Shown here: in pieces, positions 1 to 8,346 of the stretch
How the letters are laid out: every line of letters starts with the position of its first letter
Numbering within the stretch: the first letter of the stretch is position 1
NCBI GenBank assembly: GCA_042850255.1
Contig: AP031373.1
Coordinates: 41,313-65,312 of the forward strand
DNA: 24,000 bases
From: Nanobdellota archaeon
GTDB taxonomy: Archaea > Nanobdellota > Nanobdellia > Nanobdellales > Nanobdellaceae
Direction of reading: 5' to 3'
Made by a program: the position numbers and the translations under genes
Notes under the pieces: generated by a model
Told to the model about the DNA's origin: nothing
Database searches by the model: none
What the model saw: the letters and a program-made list of their open reading frames with translations, nothing else

Positions 1-399
1 TAAATCTAAATCATACCAATCCAGTGGATATATATTATTATCTATTTGAAATTTTTTAATAATAGATATATCTCCTTCTTTTTTTCCTATTAACTTACCT
101 TCTTCTTTTAATTTATCTGCAAAATTTTTTATTTTATCATAATCATCCTGATTTAAATAAACTTTTATTACTTTATATTCTTTTCCAATAAAATTTTTGT
201 TTTCTATTTCATATTTTTTTATATATTTTTCATCTTTTAATTTATTTTCTATTTCATTCAAGTATTTTTCATCTTTTAAAATTAGATAAACATAATAAGG
301 TTGATCGTATTCTATTCTTACTTTTTTTCCATTTTCATCTCTTCCATAAATATAAACTTTTTCTTTATCATGATCAAAATCTATAACAAATACTTTCAT
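1..399 (-). CDS. polB: Family-B DNA polymerase, N-terminal part (partial, runs off left edge)
   Basis: The minus strand is open from the ATG at 399-397 to the window edge (133 codons). It is absent from the ORF track because it has no stop in the window. My translation is MKVFVIDFDHDKEKVYIYGRDENGKKVRIEYDQPYYVYLILKD...IENKNFIGKEYKVIKVYLNQDDYDKIKNF...EGDISIIKKFQIDNNIYPLDWYDLDL. It parallels archaeal PolB N-termini segment by segment (ILDvDYi..GKPvIRlF.kenG.f.ie.D..F.PYiYall.D ... vekKFlGkp..VwKlY...p.dvp.ir ... eYDIpFakRYlID.gl.Pm). Confidence 0.65.
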   Translation of the reverse strand, partial: MKVFVIDFDHDKEKVYIYGRDENGKKVRIEYDQPYYVYLILKDEKYLNEIENKLKDEKYIKKYEIENKNFIGKEYKVIKVYLNQDDYDKIKNFADKLKEEGKLIGKKEGDISIIKKFQIDNNIYPLDWYDLDL

Positions 400-429
400 A
401 AAAAAATATTGTATTATATAAATTAAAAC

Positions 430-1872
430 TTATCCTTTTATAACTGCAATTGGTCTTAATCTTACAATTATTTTTGATATTCCTAAACTTTCAGTTACCT
501 TTGCAACTTCATCAACATTTTTATATGCTTCTGGAACTTCTTCTACAACCCCTTCTTTTGTTGTAGATTTTACAATTATTCCTCTTTCTTCCAAATTTTT
601 TATTACATTACTATAACTAAACTGTCTTCTAGCTGCAGATCTTGATAAATTTCTTCCAGCACCATGTGCAGATGAACCAAAAGATAATTCCATTGATCCT
701 GGTAATCCTAATAAAATATATGATGCAGTACCCATGGAACCTGGTATTAATACTGGTTGTCCTATTTTCTTATATTCTTCTACTAATTCCTCAGATCCTG
801 CAGGAAATGCTCTGGTAGCACCTTTTCTATGTACTATTAATTTTTTGGTTTTTCCATCAACTTTATGTTCTTCTATTTTTGCAATATTATGAGCAACATC
901 ATATACAACATTTAAACCAATATCTTCTGCAGGATGATTAAATACTTTTTCAAAAGATTTCCTTATCCAATATGTAATTATTTGTCTATTGTTCCATGCA
1001 AAATTTGCTGCAGCACTCATTGATTTCCAATATCTTTGTCCTTCTTCAGATTGAAATGGTAAATATACTAATTCTCTATCAGGTAATTTATTTACAATAT
1101 CTCTATATTTTTTTAATCCAATATCAATATAATCTGATGCAACTTGATGTCCAAACCCGCGAGAACCTGTATGTACAAGAATTGTAACTTGTCCTTCTTC
1201 TTCAATTCCCATAATTTTTGCAATTTCTTCATCAAATATTTTATCTACAACCTGTATTTCTAAAAAATGATTTCCAGATCCTAAAGTTCCCAATTGATCT
1301 ATCCCTCTCCTTATTGCTAAATCTGATACATATTCTATCGAAGCATCTTTTAATCTACCATATGATTCTACATAATACAAATCTTCTTTCCATGCATATC
1401 CTTCTCTATAACTCCAATCTAATCCTTCTTCTACAGCATCTTTAAATTGTCCTGGAGATAATAAAATTTTTCCAGTTTCCCCAACTCCAGCTGGAACATT
1501 TTTAAATATTTCATTTATAATTTCTTTTATCTTAAGTTTAATTTCGTCGTATTTTAAGTTAGTTCTCAATAATCTGACTCCACAGTTAATATCATAACCT
1601 ACCGAGCCTGGAGAAATTATACCTTCGTTTAAATCAAATGCTCCAATCCCACCTACAGGAAATCCATACCCTTCATGTCCATCTGGCATTATTACAAAAT
1701 ATTTTTGTATTCCTGGTAATGTAGTTGCATTTTTTCCTTGTATTAATGTTTTATCCTGCTTCATTTTTTCTATTAAACTATCACTAGCATAAATTCTTAC
1801 TGGTACATTCATATTATCTTCTTTTGGTATTTCGTATATATTTTCAGATATTTTCCTTAATTTTATATCCAT
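430..1872 (-). CDS. rtcB: RtcB RNA-splicing ligase (3'-phosphate/5'-hydroxy nucleic acid ligase)
   Basis: 480-aa ORF with the RtcB hallmarks: DGHEGYGFPVGG, DINCGVR, GSGNHFLE, HTGSRGFGHQV, SAHGAGR and a C-terminal PIAVIKG. Length is typical for archaeal RtcB and there is no intein. Confidence 0.95.
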   Translation of the reverse strand: MDIKLRKISENIYEIPKEDNMNVPVRIYASDSLIEKMKQDKTLIQGKNATTLPGIQKYFVIMPDGHEGYGFPVGGIGAFDLNEGIISPGSVGYDINCGVRLLRTNLKYDEIKLKIKEIINEIFKNVPAGVGETGKILLSPGQFKDAVEEGLDWSYREGYAWKEDLYYVESYGRLKDASIEYVSDLAIRRGIDQLGTLGSGNHFLEIQVVDKIFDEEIAKIMGIEEEGQVTILVHTGSRGFGHQVASDYIDIGLKKYRDIVNKLPDRELVYLPFQSEEGQRYWKSMSAAANFAWNNRQIITYWIRKSFEKVFNHPAEDIGLNVVYDVAHNIAKIEEHKVDGKTKKLIVHRKGATRAFPAGSEELVEEYKKIGQPVLIPGSMGTASYILLGLPGSMELSFGSSAHGAGRNLSRSAARRQFSYSNVIKNLEERGIIVKSTTKEGVVEEVPEAYKNVDEVAKVTESLGISKIIVRLRPIAVIKG

Positions 1873-1887
1873 AAATAATAATTTTAA

Positions 1888-3051
1888 TTAACTCTTTAAA
1901 GCATAATTAAAGAAAAATGTAGATATACTTAATATTAAGAAAGATAAAATTAAACCATAAGAAACTGGAACAATATATAATAACAAAGATCCTATTGCTC
2001 CTCCTATATCTCTAAAAAAATAAATATTACCAAATTTCTGTGGAAAATTATTTATAATATAATTATCAAAGAAGTATTGAAACATAGTCCATGAAAAAGC
2101 AGCTAAAATAAATAGAATTAATAGTATTATAGCATTAATTATTTGATTATGAATATATATTAATATGGTTATAAATAATATAATTCCTATTAAAAATCTA
2201 GATACTATACCTATTTTAATATTTCTAAAACTGATATTTCTTTTATATAATTTATATAATATTGATGTATATATTCCATTAATAAATAATAAAAATGGAT
2301 AAATAAATGATAAAGAAAATTTATCTACAGAATATACTAAAGAAGACCAAACTAAACTAAAACCTATTAAAACAAAAAGATTATAAATTTCTAAATACCC
2401 TATTCTTAACTTTTTAATATTTATAGGGAAAACTAATCCTTCAAATAATGGATATAAAGATCCAAAGTTATTTATATTACTTTCTGCTATAGAAAATATT
2501 TTATCTATATTTTCTAATAGATTTAATTGATATTTATCAGTAAATAAAAATAAGTATAAATTTCTAGATAGAACAATTATTATTGAAATGAGAAATAGAA
2601 ATGCTACAAGATATAAATTATACATAATGGATAATATTAAAGAAGATATTTGTGGTATAACAGATCCAATAGTCCAGTATATATTAAAATAAAAATTCAA
2701 TTTTACGTCTTTATAATATAATAAAAAAGAAAAATATGTAGAATAATATGTAAAATTAAATAAAAAATAGGAAATTATAAATATTAGTTCATTAGGAAAA
2801 ATTAATAATAATGTTGATAAAAGAGGTCCTATTATTCCAATAGACCCTATAGGAATATAGTTTTTTTCATTTATTTTTAGATTACCAAATATTACTGAAC
2901 TTAATAATGATCCTATATATGATATAGCAACCAAAGAAAAATATATAGAAGATGGGAAATTAAAATATGACGGATAAATAAAATATAAACTATTTAAGAT
3001 TCCCCCAAATAAATTATTACCTATTAATAAAGTCTTTTCTTTATAGTTCAC
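1888..3051 (-). CDS. Polytopic integral membrane protein, function unknown (possible transporter)
   Basis: 387-aa ORF, almost entirely hydrophobic, with about 10 or more predicted TM segments. Its start overlaps the stop of the upstream ORF by 4 bp (3048-3051), suggesting co-translation. No diagnostic motif recognised. Confidence 0.55.
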   Translation of the reverse strand: MNYKEKTLLIGNNLFGGILNSLYFIYPSYFNFPSSIYFSLVAISYIGSLLSSVIFGNLKINEKNYIPIGSIGIIGPLLSTLLLIFPNELIFIISYFLFNFTYYSTYFSFLLYYKDVKLNFYFNIYWTIGSVIPQISSLILSIMYNLYLVAFLFLISIIIVLSRNLYLFLFTDKYQLNLLENIDKIFSIAESNINNFGSLYPLFEGLVFPINIKKLRIGYLEIYNLFVLIGFSLVWSSLVYSVDKFSLSFIYPFLLFINGIYTSILYKLYKRNISFRNIKIGIVSRFLIGIILFITILIYIHNQIINAIILLILFILAAFSWTMFQYFFDNYIINNFPQKFGNIYFFRDIGGAIGSLLLYIVPVSYGLILSFLILSISTFFFNYALKS

Positions 3052-3668
3052 TTTATTATCTCTCTAATTTTCTTTTTTATTATATCAGCCAGAGCTATTC
3101 CTATAGCAACTGATATAGAAATAACTATACCAGCAAATAATATTACAAATAAATACAATAATACAGGAGATAATAGATTTAAATAACTTAATATAAGTAC
3201 TAGAACAAAAAACATTATTATAAATTTAAGGAAATACAATAAATAGTCTTTATATTTATTATTTTCTAAAACTTGCTCTATAGAGGATTTAATTAGTATT
3301 TCCATCATTGCATAAGATATTATCATTAATAATATAATAGCTAACAAATAATTTAATATATTAAATATCGTAGTACCGATGAAAGATGTATATGGAATAA
3401 TATAAAATGCATACCCTATAAAATAAAAATAGATGAAAAATTTCACTATGTTTATTATTATAGATGTTAAAGATTTGTTAATTAATATTCCTTTTTCATG
3501 CAACCAATTATCTAAACCTAATATTTTATTTAATACAATCTTTAATAAAAAAGCAACTAATTTTCCAATAAAGTATCCTAAAACAATTATAGCAACAAAT
3601 ATTAAGAATAATTCCAATGTATTATAAGAGAATATCTGAGTTATTATGGTAGATAAGGAATCAACCAT
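3048..3668 (-). CDS. Integral membrane protein, function unknown
   Basis: 206-aa ORF with 5-6 hydrophobic helices and a basic C-terminal tail (KKKIREIIK). It lies directly downstream of tRNA-Gln on the same strand. No motif recognised. Confidence 0.5.
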   Translation of the reverse strand: MVDSLSTIITQIFSYNTLELFLIFVAIIVLGYFIGKLVAFLLKIVLNKILGLDNWLHEKGILINKSLTSIIINIVKFFIYFYFIGYAFYIIPYTSFIGTTIFNILNYLLAIILLMIISYAMMEILIKSSIEQVLENNKYKDYLLYFLKFIIMFFVLVLILSYLNLLSPVLLYLFVILFAGIVISISVAIGIALADIIKKKIREIIK

Positions 3669-3700
3669 ACAAAGATATAAACTTTAGTTATTTATAAGAC

Positions 3701-3773
3701 TAGCCCCGCGGGGATTCGAACCCCGGTCACAGGGACCAAAACCCTGCATCCTAGACCACTAGACGACGGGGCT
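3701..3773 (-). tRNA. tRNA-Gln (anticodon UUG)
   Basis: GC-rich island. Reverse complement reads AGCCCCG-TC-GTCT-AGTGGTCTA-GGAT-G-CAGGG-TTTTGGT-CCCTG-TGAC-CGGGG-TTCGAAT-CCCCG-CGGGGCT-A. It folds as a complete cloverleaf with an A1:U72 pair typical of archaeal tRNA-Gln. The anticodon loop TT-TTG-GT gives UUG. No intron and no encoded CCA. Confidence 0.9.
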
Positions 3774-3892
3774 ATTTATATATTTTATAGTTCGGAAATG
3801 TTTTTATATAATTTTTCACTTTAGTTTTAACACCTAATTTAACAATCAATTTACTTATATGTTTATATAGTATATATACATTATGTAAATAT

Positions 3893-4102
3893 ATGGTAAA
3901 GACAATAACAATTAGAGATGATGTTTATAAAAAACTATTAGAGATAAAAGGAGATAAAAGCTTTAGCGAAATAATATTGGAATTAATAGAAAAAAAGAGT
4001 AATATAAAGATATTTAAAGATATATTAAAAAATTCAAAAATATTAGATGAAATAGAAAAAGAGATTATTGAATATAGAAAAAATATAAAATCTAAAATAT
4101 AA
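3893..4102 (+). CDS. vapB: VapB-type antitoxin (small archaeal antitoxin family)
   Basis: 69-aa ORF starting [32 protein letters not shown]. This matches the archaeal putative-antitoxin pattern (TItI.ddvYe.L...Kg..SFSe.I..Ll). A PIN-domain reading frame follows immediately. Confidence 0.7.
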   Translation: MVKTITIRDDVYKKLLEIKGDKSFSEIILELIEKKSNIKIFKDILKNSKILDEIEKEIIEYRKNIKSKI

Positions 4103-4440
4103 ATTAATAGATACTTCATTAATAATAGACTATTTAAAGGGAAAAATAGATTTGCCAGACGATTATATCTTTTCTGTAATAAATTTTTATGAACTATATT
4201 GGAAAGCTTTAGAGAAAAACAGTTTTTCTTTATCTCTAGTATTACCTTTAGATATAGAATCTGTTAGAGAAACATCCAAAAATAAAAGTCAAACTAAGAA
4301 AATTGGGAAAAGAAATCAACGATTTTGATATTTTAATTACTGGAATATGTTTATCAAATGGAATAGAAGAAATATGGACAAAAGACAAAGATTTTAAGGA
4401 AATAGAAAATATAACAGATATAAAAGTTCAAATATTTTGA
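4101..4440 (+). pseudogene. vapC: vapC (PIN-domain toxin) remnant: no start codon and a +1 frameshift
   Basis: Frame A (4101-4328) reads [75 protein letters not shown]. Frame B (ending at TGA 4438-4440) reads ...KIKVKLRKLGKEINDFDILITGICLSNGIEEIWTKDKDFKEIENITDIKVQIF*. Joined, they give a PIN domain with the expected acidic positions (iDTS, E, D.LI.g, T.DkDF). The switch falls in the A-rich tract ccaaaaataaaag (about 4275-4288). Frame A opens after the TAA at 4086-4088 and contains no ATG, GTG or TTG. Confidence 0.65.
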
Positions 4441-4494
4441 TTTTCGTTTTCCTTTTTTAATACTTTATATTAATAAATACTTTAAATTATATTT

Positions 4495-4508
4495 ATGTTA
4501 ATTAACAT
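4495..4508. promoter_or_regulatory. 14-bp perfect palindrome ATGTTAATTAACAT upstream of the AAA+ gene
   Basis: Read directly from the sequence. It lies inside a 10-bp motif TTTATGTTAA (4492-4501) that recurs at 4531-4540. Confidence 0.3.
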
Positions 4509-4530
4509 GACATGATTTTAAATTTTTAAC

Positions 4531-4547
4531 TTTATGTTAAACATAAA
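4531..4547. promoter_or_regulatory. 17-bp (8-1-8) inverted repeat TTTATGTT-A-AACATAAA overlapping the first ATG of the AAA+ ORF
   Basis: Read directly from the sequence. It shares the ATGTT/AACAT half-sites with the palindrome 39 bp upstream. Downstream in-frame ATGs at 4552, 4561 and 4570 could be the real start. Confidence 0.3.
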
Positions 4548-5571
4548 TATTATGCAGGAGATGAAAGATATGTTAAATTTTTTTGGACTCAAGGATAATC
4601 CATTTAAATTAGAAGTAATATTAGAAACATTTGTAGGTTATAATTTAGAAAGAGAAAAGTTACTTAATTCTATAAATAATAAAGAAAAAATAATTTTGGT
4701 TTCTGGTCCTACGGGGGCTGGAAAAACTACTTTACTATTATGGACGTTTAATAATTTAAAAATAAAAAATAAAATGTATATTTATAAATCTTTTAAAGAT
4801 AAGGGAGAATTTGAAGAGTATATAAAAAGTAATTTATCATTTTTTGAAAAATTTATATATAAATTTAAATCTTTTAATATGATAGATTATCTAAATAGGA
4901 AAAATATGGTAATATTTATAGATGAAGCTACATTTTTCAGTGATGAAATATTAGAATGGATAAAAATATTATCAGACCAAACTAGATCAATATTTATTTT
5001 AGCAGGTTTGCCCGAATTAGAAGAAAGATTATTAAAAGAACATAGAACATTATATGAAAGAATATTATCTAAAATATATTTAAAATCATTAGATCCTGAA
5101 AATGGTAAATTATTAGTTAAAAAAAGATTAGAATTGGCAGGAAATCTTAATTTATTTACTGATGATGCTATAGAAGAAATATATCATATATCAGGGGGTT
5201 TGCCTAGAGAAATACTAAAATACTCATATGAAGCTTTATTAATAGCATATAGAGAAAAGAAAAATACAATTGATAAGGAAATAATAGAAAAAATTTATGA
5301 ATCTAAAAAACCACCTACAGACTTATTAAAATTAACTGAAAAACAAAGGTTTGTAATAGAATTAATAACAAAATATGGACCAAAGGGTGTTAATGAATTA
5401 TTAAAATTATTTAAAGATAGATATCCAGATACCACAATTCATGCTTTATCAAATATATTAAAAAGAATGGTAGAATCAAAATATCTAGTAAGAACAAAAG
5501 TTAAAGGAAAATTTATATACGATGTTGTCCCGGCAATAAGAGATTACTTTATAAGAGAAATAAACAAATGA
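4534..5571 (+). CDS. AAA+ ATPase with C-terminal winged-helix domain (Orc1/Cdc6-like or ExeA/AAA_22-like)
   Basis: 345-aa ORF. Motifs are Walker A GPTGAGKTT, Walker B VIFIDEA, a lid segment HISGGLPREILKYSYEALLIA (compare GG.aR.al..l or G.PR.IN), then a wHTH-like tail LTEKQRFVIELITKYGPKGVNELLKL...LSNILKRMVESKYLVRTKVKGKFIYDV. The architecture matches Orc1/Cdc6, but the N-terminal FFGL..NPF resembles ExeA-type ATPases. I cannot separate the two by eye. Confidence 0.6.
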   Translation: MLNINIMQEMKDMLNFFGLKDNPFKLEVILETFVGYNLEREKLLNSINNKEKIILVSGPTGAGKTTLLLWTFNNLKIKNKMYIYKSFKDKGEFEEYIKSNLSFFEKFIYKFKSFNMIDYLNRKNMVIFIDEATFFSDEILEWIKILSDQTRSIFILAGLPELEERLLKEHRTLYERILSKIYLKSLDPENGKLLVKKRLELAGNLNLFTDDAIEEIYHISGGLPREILKYSYEALLIAYREKKNTIDKEIIEKIYESKKPPTDLLKLTEKQRFVIELITKYGPKGVNELLKLFKDRYPDTTIHALSNILKRMVESKYLVRTKVKGKFIYDVVPAIRDYFIREINK

Positions 5572-6488
5572 AATGTTCTTTCTGTAATAATAATGCAATA
5601 TATAAAGATTCTGAAAATAATTATTATTGCAAAGATCATTTTATAAAATATTTCGAAGAGAAAACAATAAAAACAATTGAAAGATTTAAACTAATAAAAC
5701 CTGGAGAGAGAATTGGGGTAGGAGTATCTGGAGGAAAAGATTCAAATGCTCTATTATATTTTTTAAATAAATATAAAGAATATTTTGGTATTGAAGTAAT
5801 AGGAATACACATTGATGAAGGTATTAGCGGTTATAGAGATAAAGATACTAAAAAATTATTGGAACTAGCAGAAAAATATAAATGGAACATAAAAATATAT
5901 AGATTTATAGATTATTTCAATATAAGATTAGAAAATGCATTAAAAATTAATAAAGAATTTAGATCATGTACAATCTGTGGTGTTTGGAGAAGATGGTTAA
6001 TGTGGAAAGCAGCAAAAGATTTAAATATTGATAAGTTTGCAACAGCGCATAATTTAAATGACGAAGTACAGACTATAATAATGAATATGTTTGAAGGAAA
6101 TCTAAAGGATCTACTAAAAGAAGGACCATATGTTGGAATAATAGAAGAAGACTTTATACCTAGAATAAAACCTTTTTATTTTAATAAAGAAAAAGAAAAT
6201 TTATTATATTCTGTAATAAATAATTTAGAACCCCCATATGGAGAATGTCCATTCATTGTAGGACAATTTAGAGATATTGTTAGATCTAAATTATATGAAT
6301 TAGAAGACAAATATAATAGATTCCATGAAAATTTTTTAAACAATTTTATAGAAACTTTAATAAAGGCAAAAAATGATTATAAAAAGATGAATTCTATAAA
6401 ATTAAGAAAATGTAAGATATGTGGATATCCAACAACTAGAGAAATTTGTAGGGCCTGTGAAATAAAATTGAAAATAAAAAATGGATAA
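5568..6488 (+). CDS. PP-loop tRNA 2-thiolation enzyme, TtuA/NcsA (Ncs6/Ctu1) family
   Basis: 306-aa ORF. It has an N-terminal zinc finger (CSFC...CKDH), the PP-loop VGVSGGKDS, a central SCTICGVWRR element (candidate Fe-S ligands) and a C-terminal zinc finger (CKICG...CRAC). Its start overlaps the upstream stop (ATGA, 5568-5571). Confidence 0.85.
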   Translation: MKCSFCNNNAIYKDSENNYYCKDHFIKYFEEKTIKTIERFKLIKPGERIGVGVSGGKDSNALLYFLNKYKEYFGIEVIGIHIDEGISGYRDKDTKKLLELAEKYKWNIKIYRFIDYFNIRLENALKINKEFRSCTICGVWRRWLMWKAAKDLNIDKFATAHNLNDEVQTIIMNMFEGNLKDLLKEGPYVGIIEEDFIPRIKPFYFNKEKENLLYSVINNLEPPYGECPFIVGQFRDIVRSKLYELEDKYNRFHENFLNNFIETLIKAKNDYKKMNSIKLRKCKICGYPTTREICRACEIKLKIKNG

Positions 6489-6912
6489 AAAAATAGATAT
6501 AATAAAAGAAATTTTAATTATATTTTTATCTTTATTTATATTGGAAACTTTATTAGATTTAATAGCATTTATAGTTTATCCATCTATATTTCCAAATTAT
6601 ATAAATAATTATGTAATATTATTTTTATCTATAATTTTAATAATTTCGATTGTTTCTGCATATTTAATTAATAATAATAACATTTATGGATATACTATAT
6701 CATTCATTATATCTATATTAATACTATTTTCCGCATTTACATTAAATTCTTATAATATAATAGATATAGCTGTAAGAAATGTAGCATCCAATTATGGAAT
6801 ATTTCCAAACCCAATAATATTATTTTGGGGTATTATTATATTCTCCATTAGTTTAAAAAGAATAATTTATCTAGTTAACCATTCATCTTTAAAGAATGTA
6901 AATAAAGAATAG
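6481..6912 (+). CDS. Small integral membrane protein, function unknown
   Basis: 143-aa ORF with about 4 hydrophobic helices. It overlaps the previous gene by 8 bp and converges on the GT2 gene with a 46-bp antisense overlap (6867-6912). Confidence 0.45.
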   Translation: MDKKIDIIKEILIIFLSLFILETLLDLIAFIVYPSIFPNYINNYVILFLSIILIISIVSAYLINNNNIYGYTISFIISILILFSAFTLNSYNIIDIAVRNVASNYGIFPNPIILFWGIIIFSISLKRIIYLVNHSSLKNVNKE

Positions 6913-8120
6913 AAAACAATTATTGGAAATAAAAATGATAAAATAAAGTAATAAAATATAGAATTTTTATTGTTGCTGAACTTTTTATATTCTGCATATA
7001 TTATAAAGATGTAAAAAGATAAAACCAAATATTTAATAATTATATTAAATAAATGCAGGATTGTATGAAATGGTATAGTAGTATAATATCTAGTTATCAG
7101 ATGATGTAAAAATATAAAATCAGCGAGAGATTTTCTTACAATAAAATAATATAAAAAGTTGTAAATATTGTAATACTTTATAAACAAAATTAGAGATAAA
7201 GAATTATATAATATATAAATATATATAAATATTGGAACTAAATAAGACAATATATAAAGAAAATAGAATATATCTCTACTTAATATATATTTTTCTTTTA
7301 TATTCACCAAAATTGAATATACAAAAGCTCTTGTATATCTAATATTTTTCTTTATTAATTCTTCAAAATTATTTATACCTTTGGTCATAACGTAATAATG
7401 ATCTATATAAAATATCTTTTTTCCATTATTAATTAAGATAGAAGATAATATTTGATCATCCCCTATTCTTTTATTAGAATGTTTTTCTACTAATTCATTA
7501 TATGCTTCATATATATCATTAAATTTTCCCATAATACATTCTCCATTTAAAGATAATTGATTCCCATTTCCAGAAAATCCTTTAAGAGTATAGATATATA
7601 TTCCCTTATTCAATTTGAACACATCATTCCATATACTATTTCCATAAAGAAATATATTAAATGAGACTGCAGAAAAATTATATTTTTCTAAATAATATAC
7701 ACCAATCTTAATATTCTTTTCGATTAGAAATGTATCACTATCTAATAATATAACATATTTTGGATTAAAATTTTTTATATAATTTAATCCTTTCCATATA
7801 GCTTTTTTCTTATTTTTTTCTTCTATGTATAAATATTTTACATTATTCTTTTCTAATATTTCCTTATATTTTTCGGAACTTCCATTGAGTACATAAATAA
7901 TGTTATATTTTCTATGAAAATTTATATGAGATTTTAAAATTTCTATATCTTCATTATATACTGGAACTATTATGTAGAAATCGTCTTTTTTTATTTTTAT
8001 ATTTATATCCCTATCTTTATACTTTAAATCATATCTTATAATCCCAATAAGGATATAGAAGAAATATATTAAAGTTATAAAAAGGACAAAATATGAAACT
8101 ATAAATAAAAAATTCATCAA
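6867..8120 (-). CDS. Membrane-bound family-2 glycosyltransferase (processive-synthase-like topology)
   Basis: 417-aa ORF. It has an N-terminal TM helix, then IIVPVYNEDIEIL (GT2 VPxYNE), LLDSDT (DxD), GDDQILS and a degenerate QxxRW-position motif (IRYTRA), followed by several C-terminal TM helices. Confidence 0.7.
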   Translation of the reverse strand: MMNFLFIVSYFVLFITLIYFFYILIGIIRYDLKYKDRDINIKIKKDDFYIIVPVYNEDIEILKSHINFHRKYNIIYVLNGSSEKYKEILEKNNVKYLYIEEKNKKKAIWKGLNYIKNFNPKYVILLDSDTFLIEKNIKIGVYYLEKYNFSAVSFNIFLYGNSIWNDVFKLNKGIYIYTLKGFSGNGNQLSLNGECIMGKFNDIYEAYNELVEKHSNKRIGDDQILSSILINNGKKIFYIDHYYVMTKGINNFEELIKKNIRYTRAFVYSILVNIKEKYILSRDIFYFLYILSYLVPIFIYIYILYNSLSLILFIKYYNIYNFLYYFIVRKSLADFIFLHHLITRYYTTIPFHTILHLFNIIIKYLVLSFYIFIIYAEYKKFSNNKNSIFYYFILSFLFPIIVFYSLFTFFKDEWLTR

Positions 8121-8314
8121 ATCTTCTTTAACTTTGCAATTGTTTCTATTTGTTGCACATGTCCTAAAAATACTTGTCTACAACAAACTCTTTCTAATCC
8201 TAATTCATCCAAAGCCTCTTTTGGAGATTTACCCTGATTTAATAAATCATTATATTTTTCCCATAAATGACCTATAGGTTTTCCACAAGTAAAACATCTA
8301 ATTGGTATAATCAT
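8117..8314 (-). CDS. rpoN: DNA-directed RNA polymerase subunit N (Rpo10 / Rpb10)
   Basis: 65-aa ORF, MIIPIRCFTCGKPIGHLWEKY...ALDELGLERVCCRQVFLGHV. This is the canonical Rpb10 zinc-bundle sequence (CxxC...CC). Its stop overlaps the GT2 start by 4 bp. Confidence 0.95.
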   Translation of the reverse strand: MIIPIRCFTCGKPIGHLWEKYNDLLNQGKSPKEALDELGLERVCCRQVFLGHVQQIETIAKLKKI

Positions 8315-8346
8315 AATTAATTTATTTTTTACTTATTTTTATAAAT

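Noticed and set aside
996-1445. Plus-strand ORFs 996-1187 and 1218-1445, antisense to rtcB
   Set aside because: They lie entirely inside the strongly supported rtcB CDS on the opposite strand. Their translations are low-complexity L/I/Q/Y strings of the kind AT-rich antisense frames produce. No motifs were seen.
3433-4119. Antisense ORFs 3433-3627 (+) and 3925-4119 (-)
   Set aside because: They are mirror frames of a membrane-protein gene and of vapB. Their composition is an I/F/N/L-rich artefact, and the sense-strand genes have better support.
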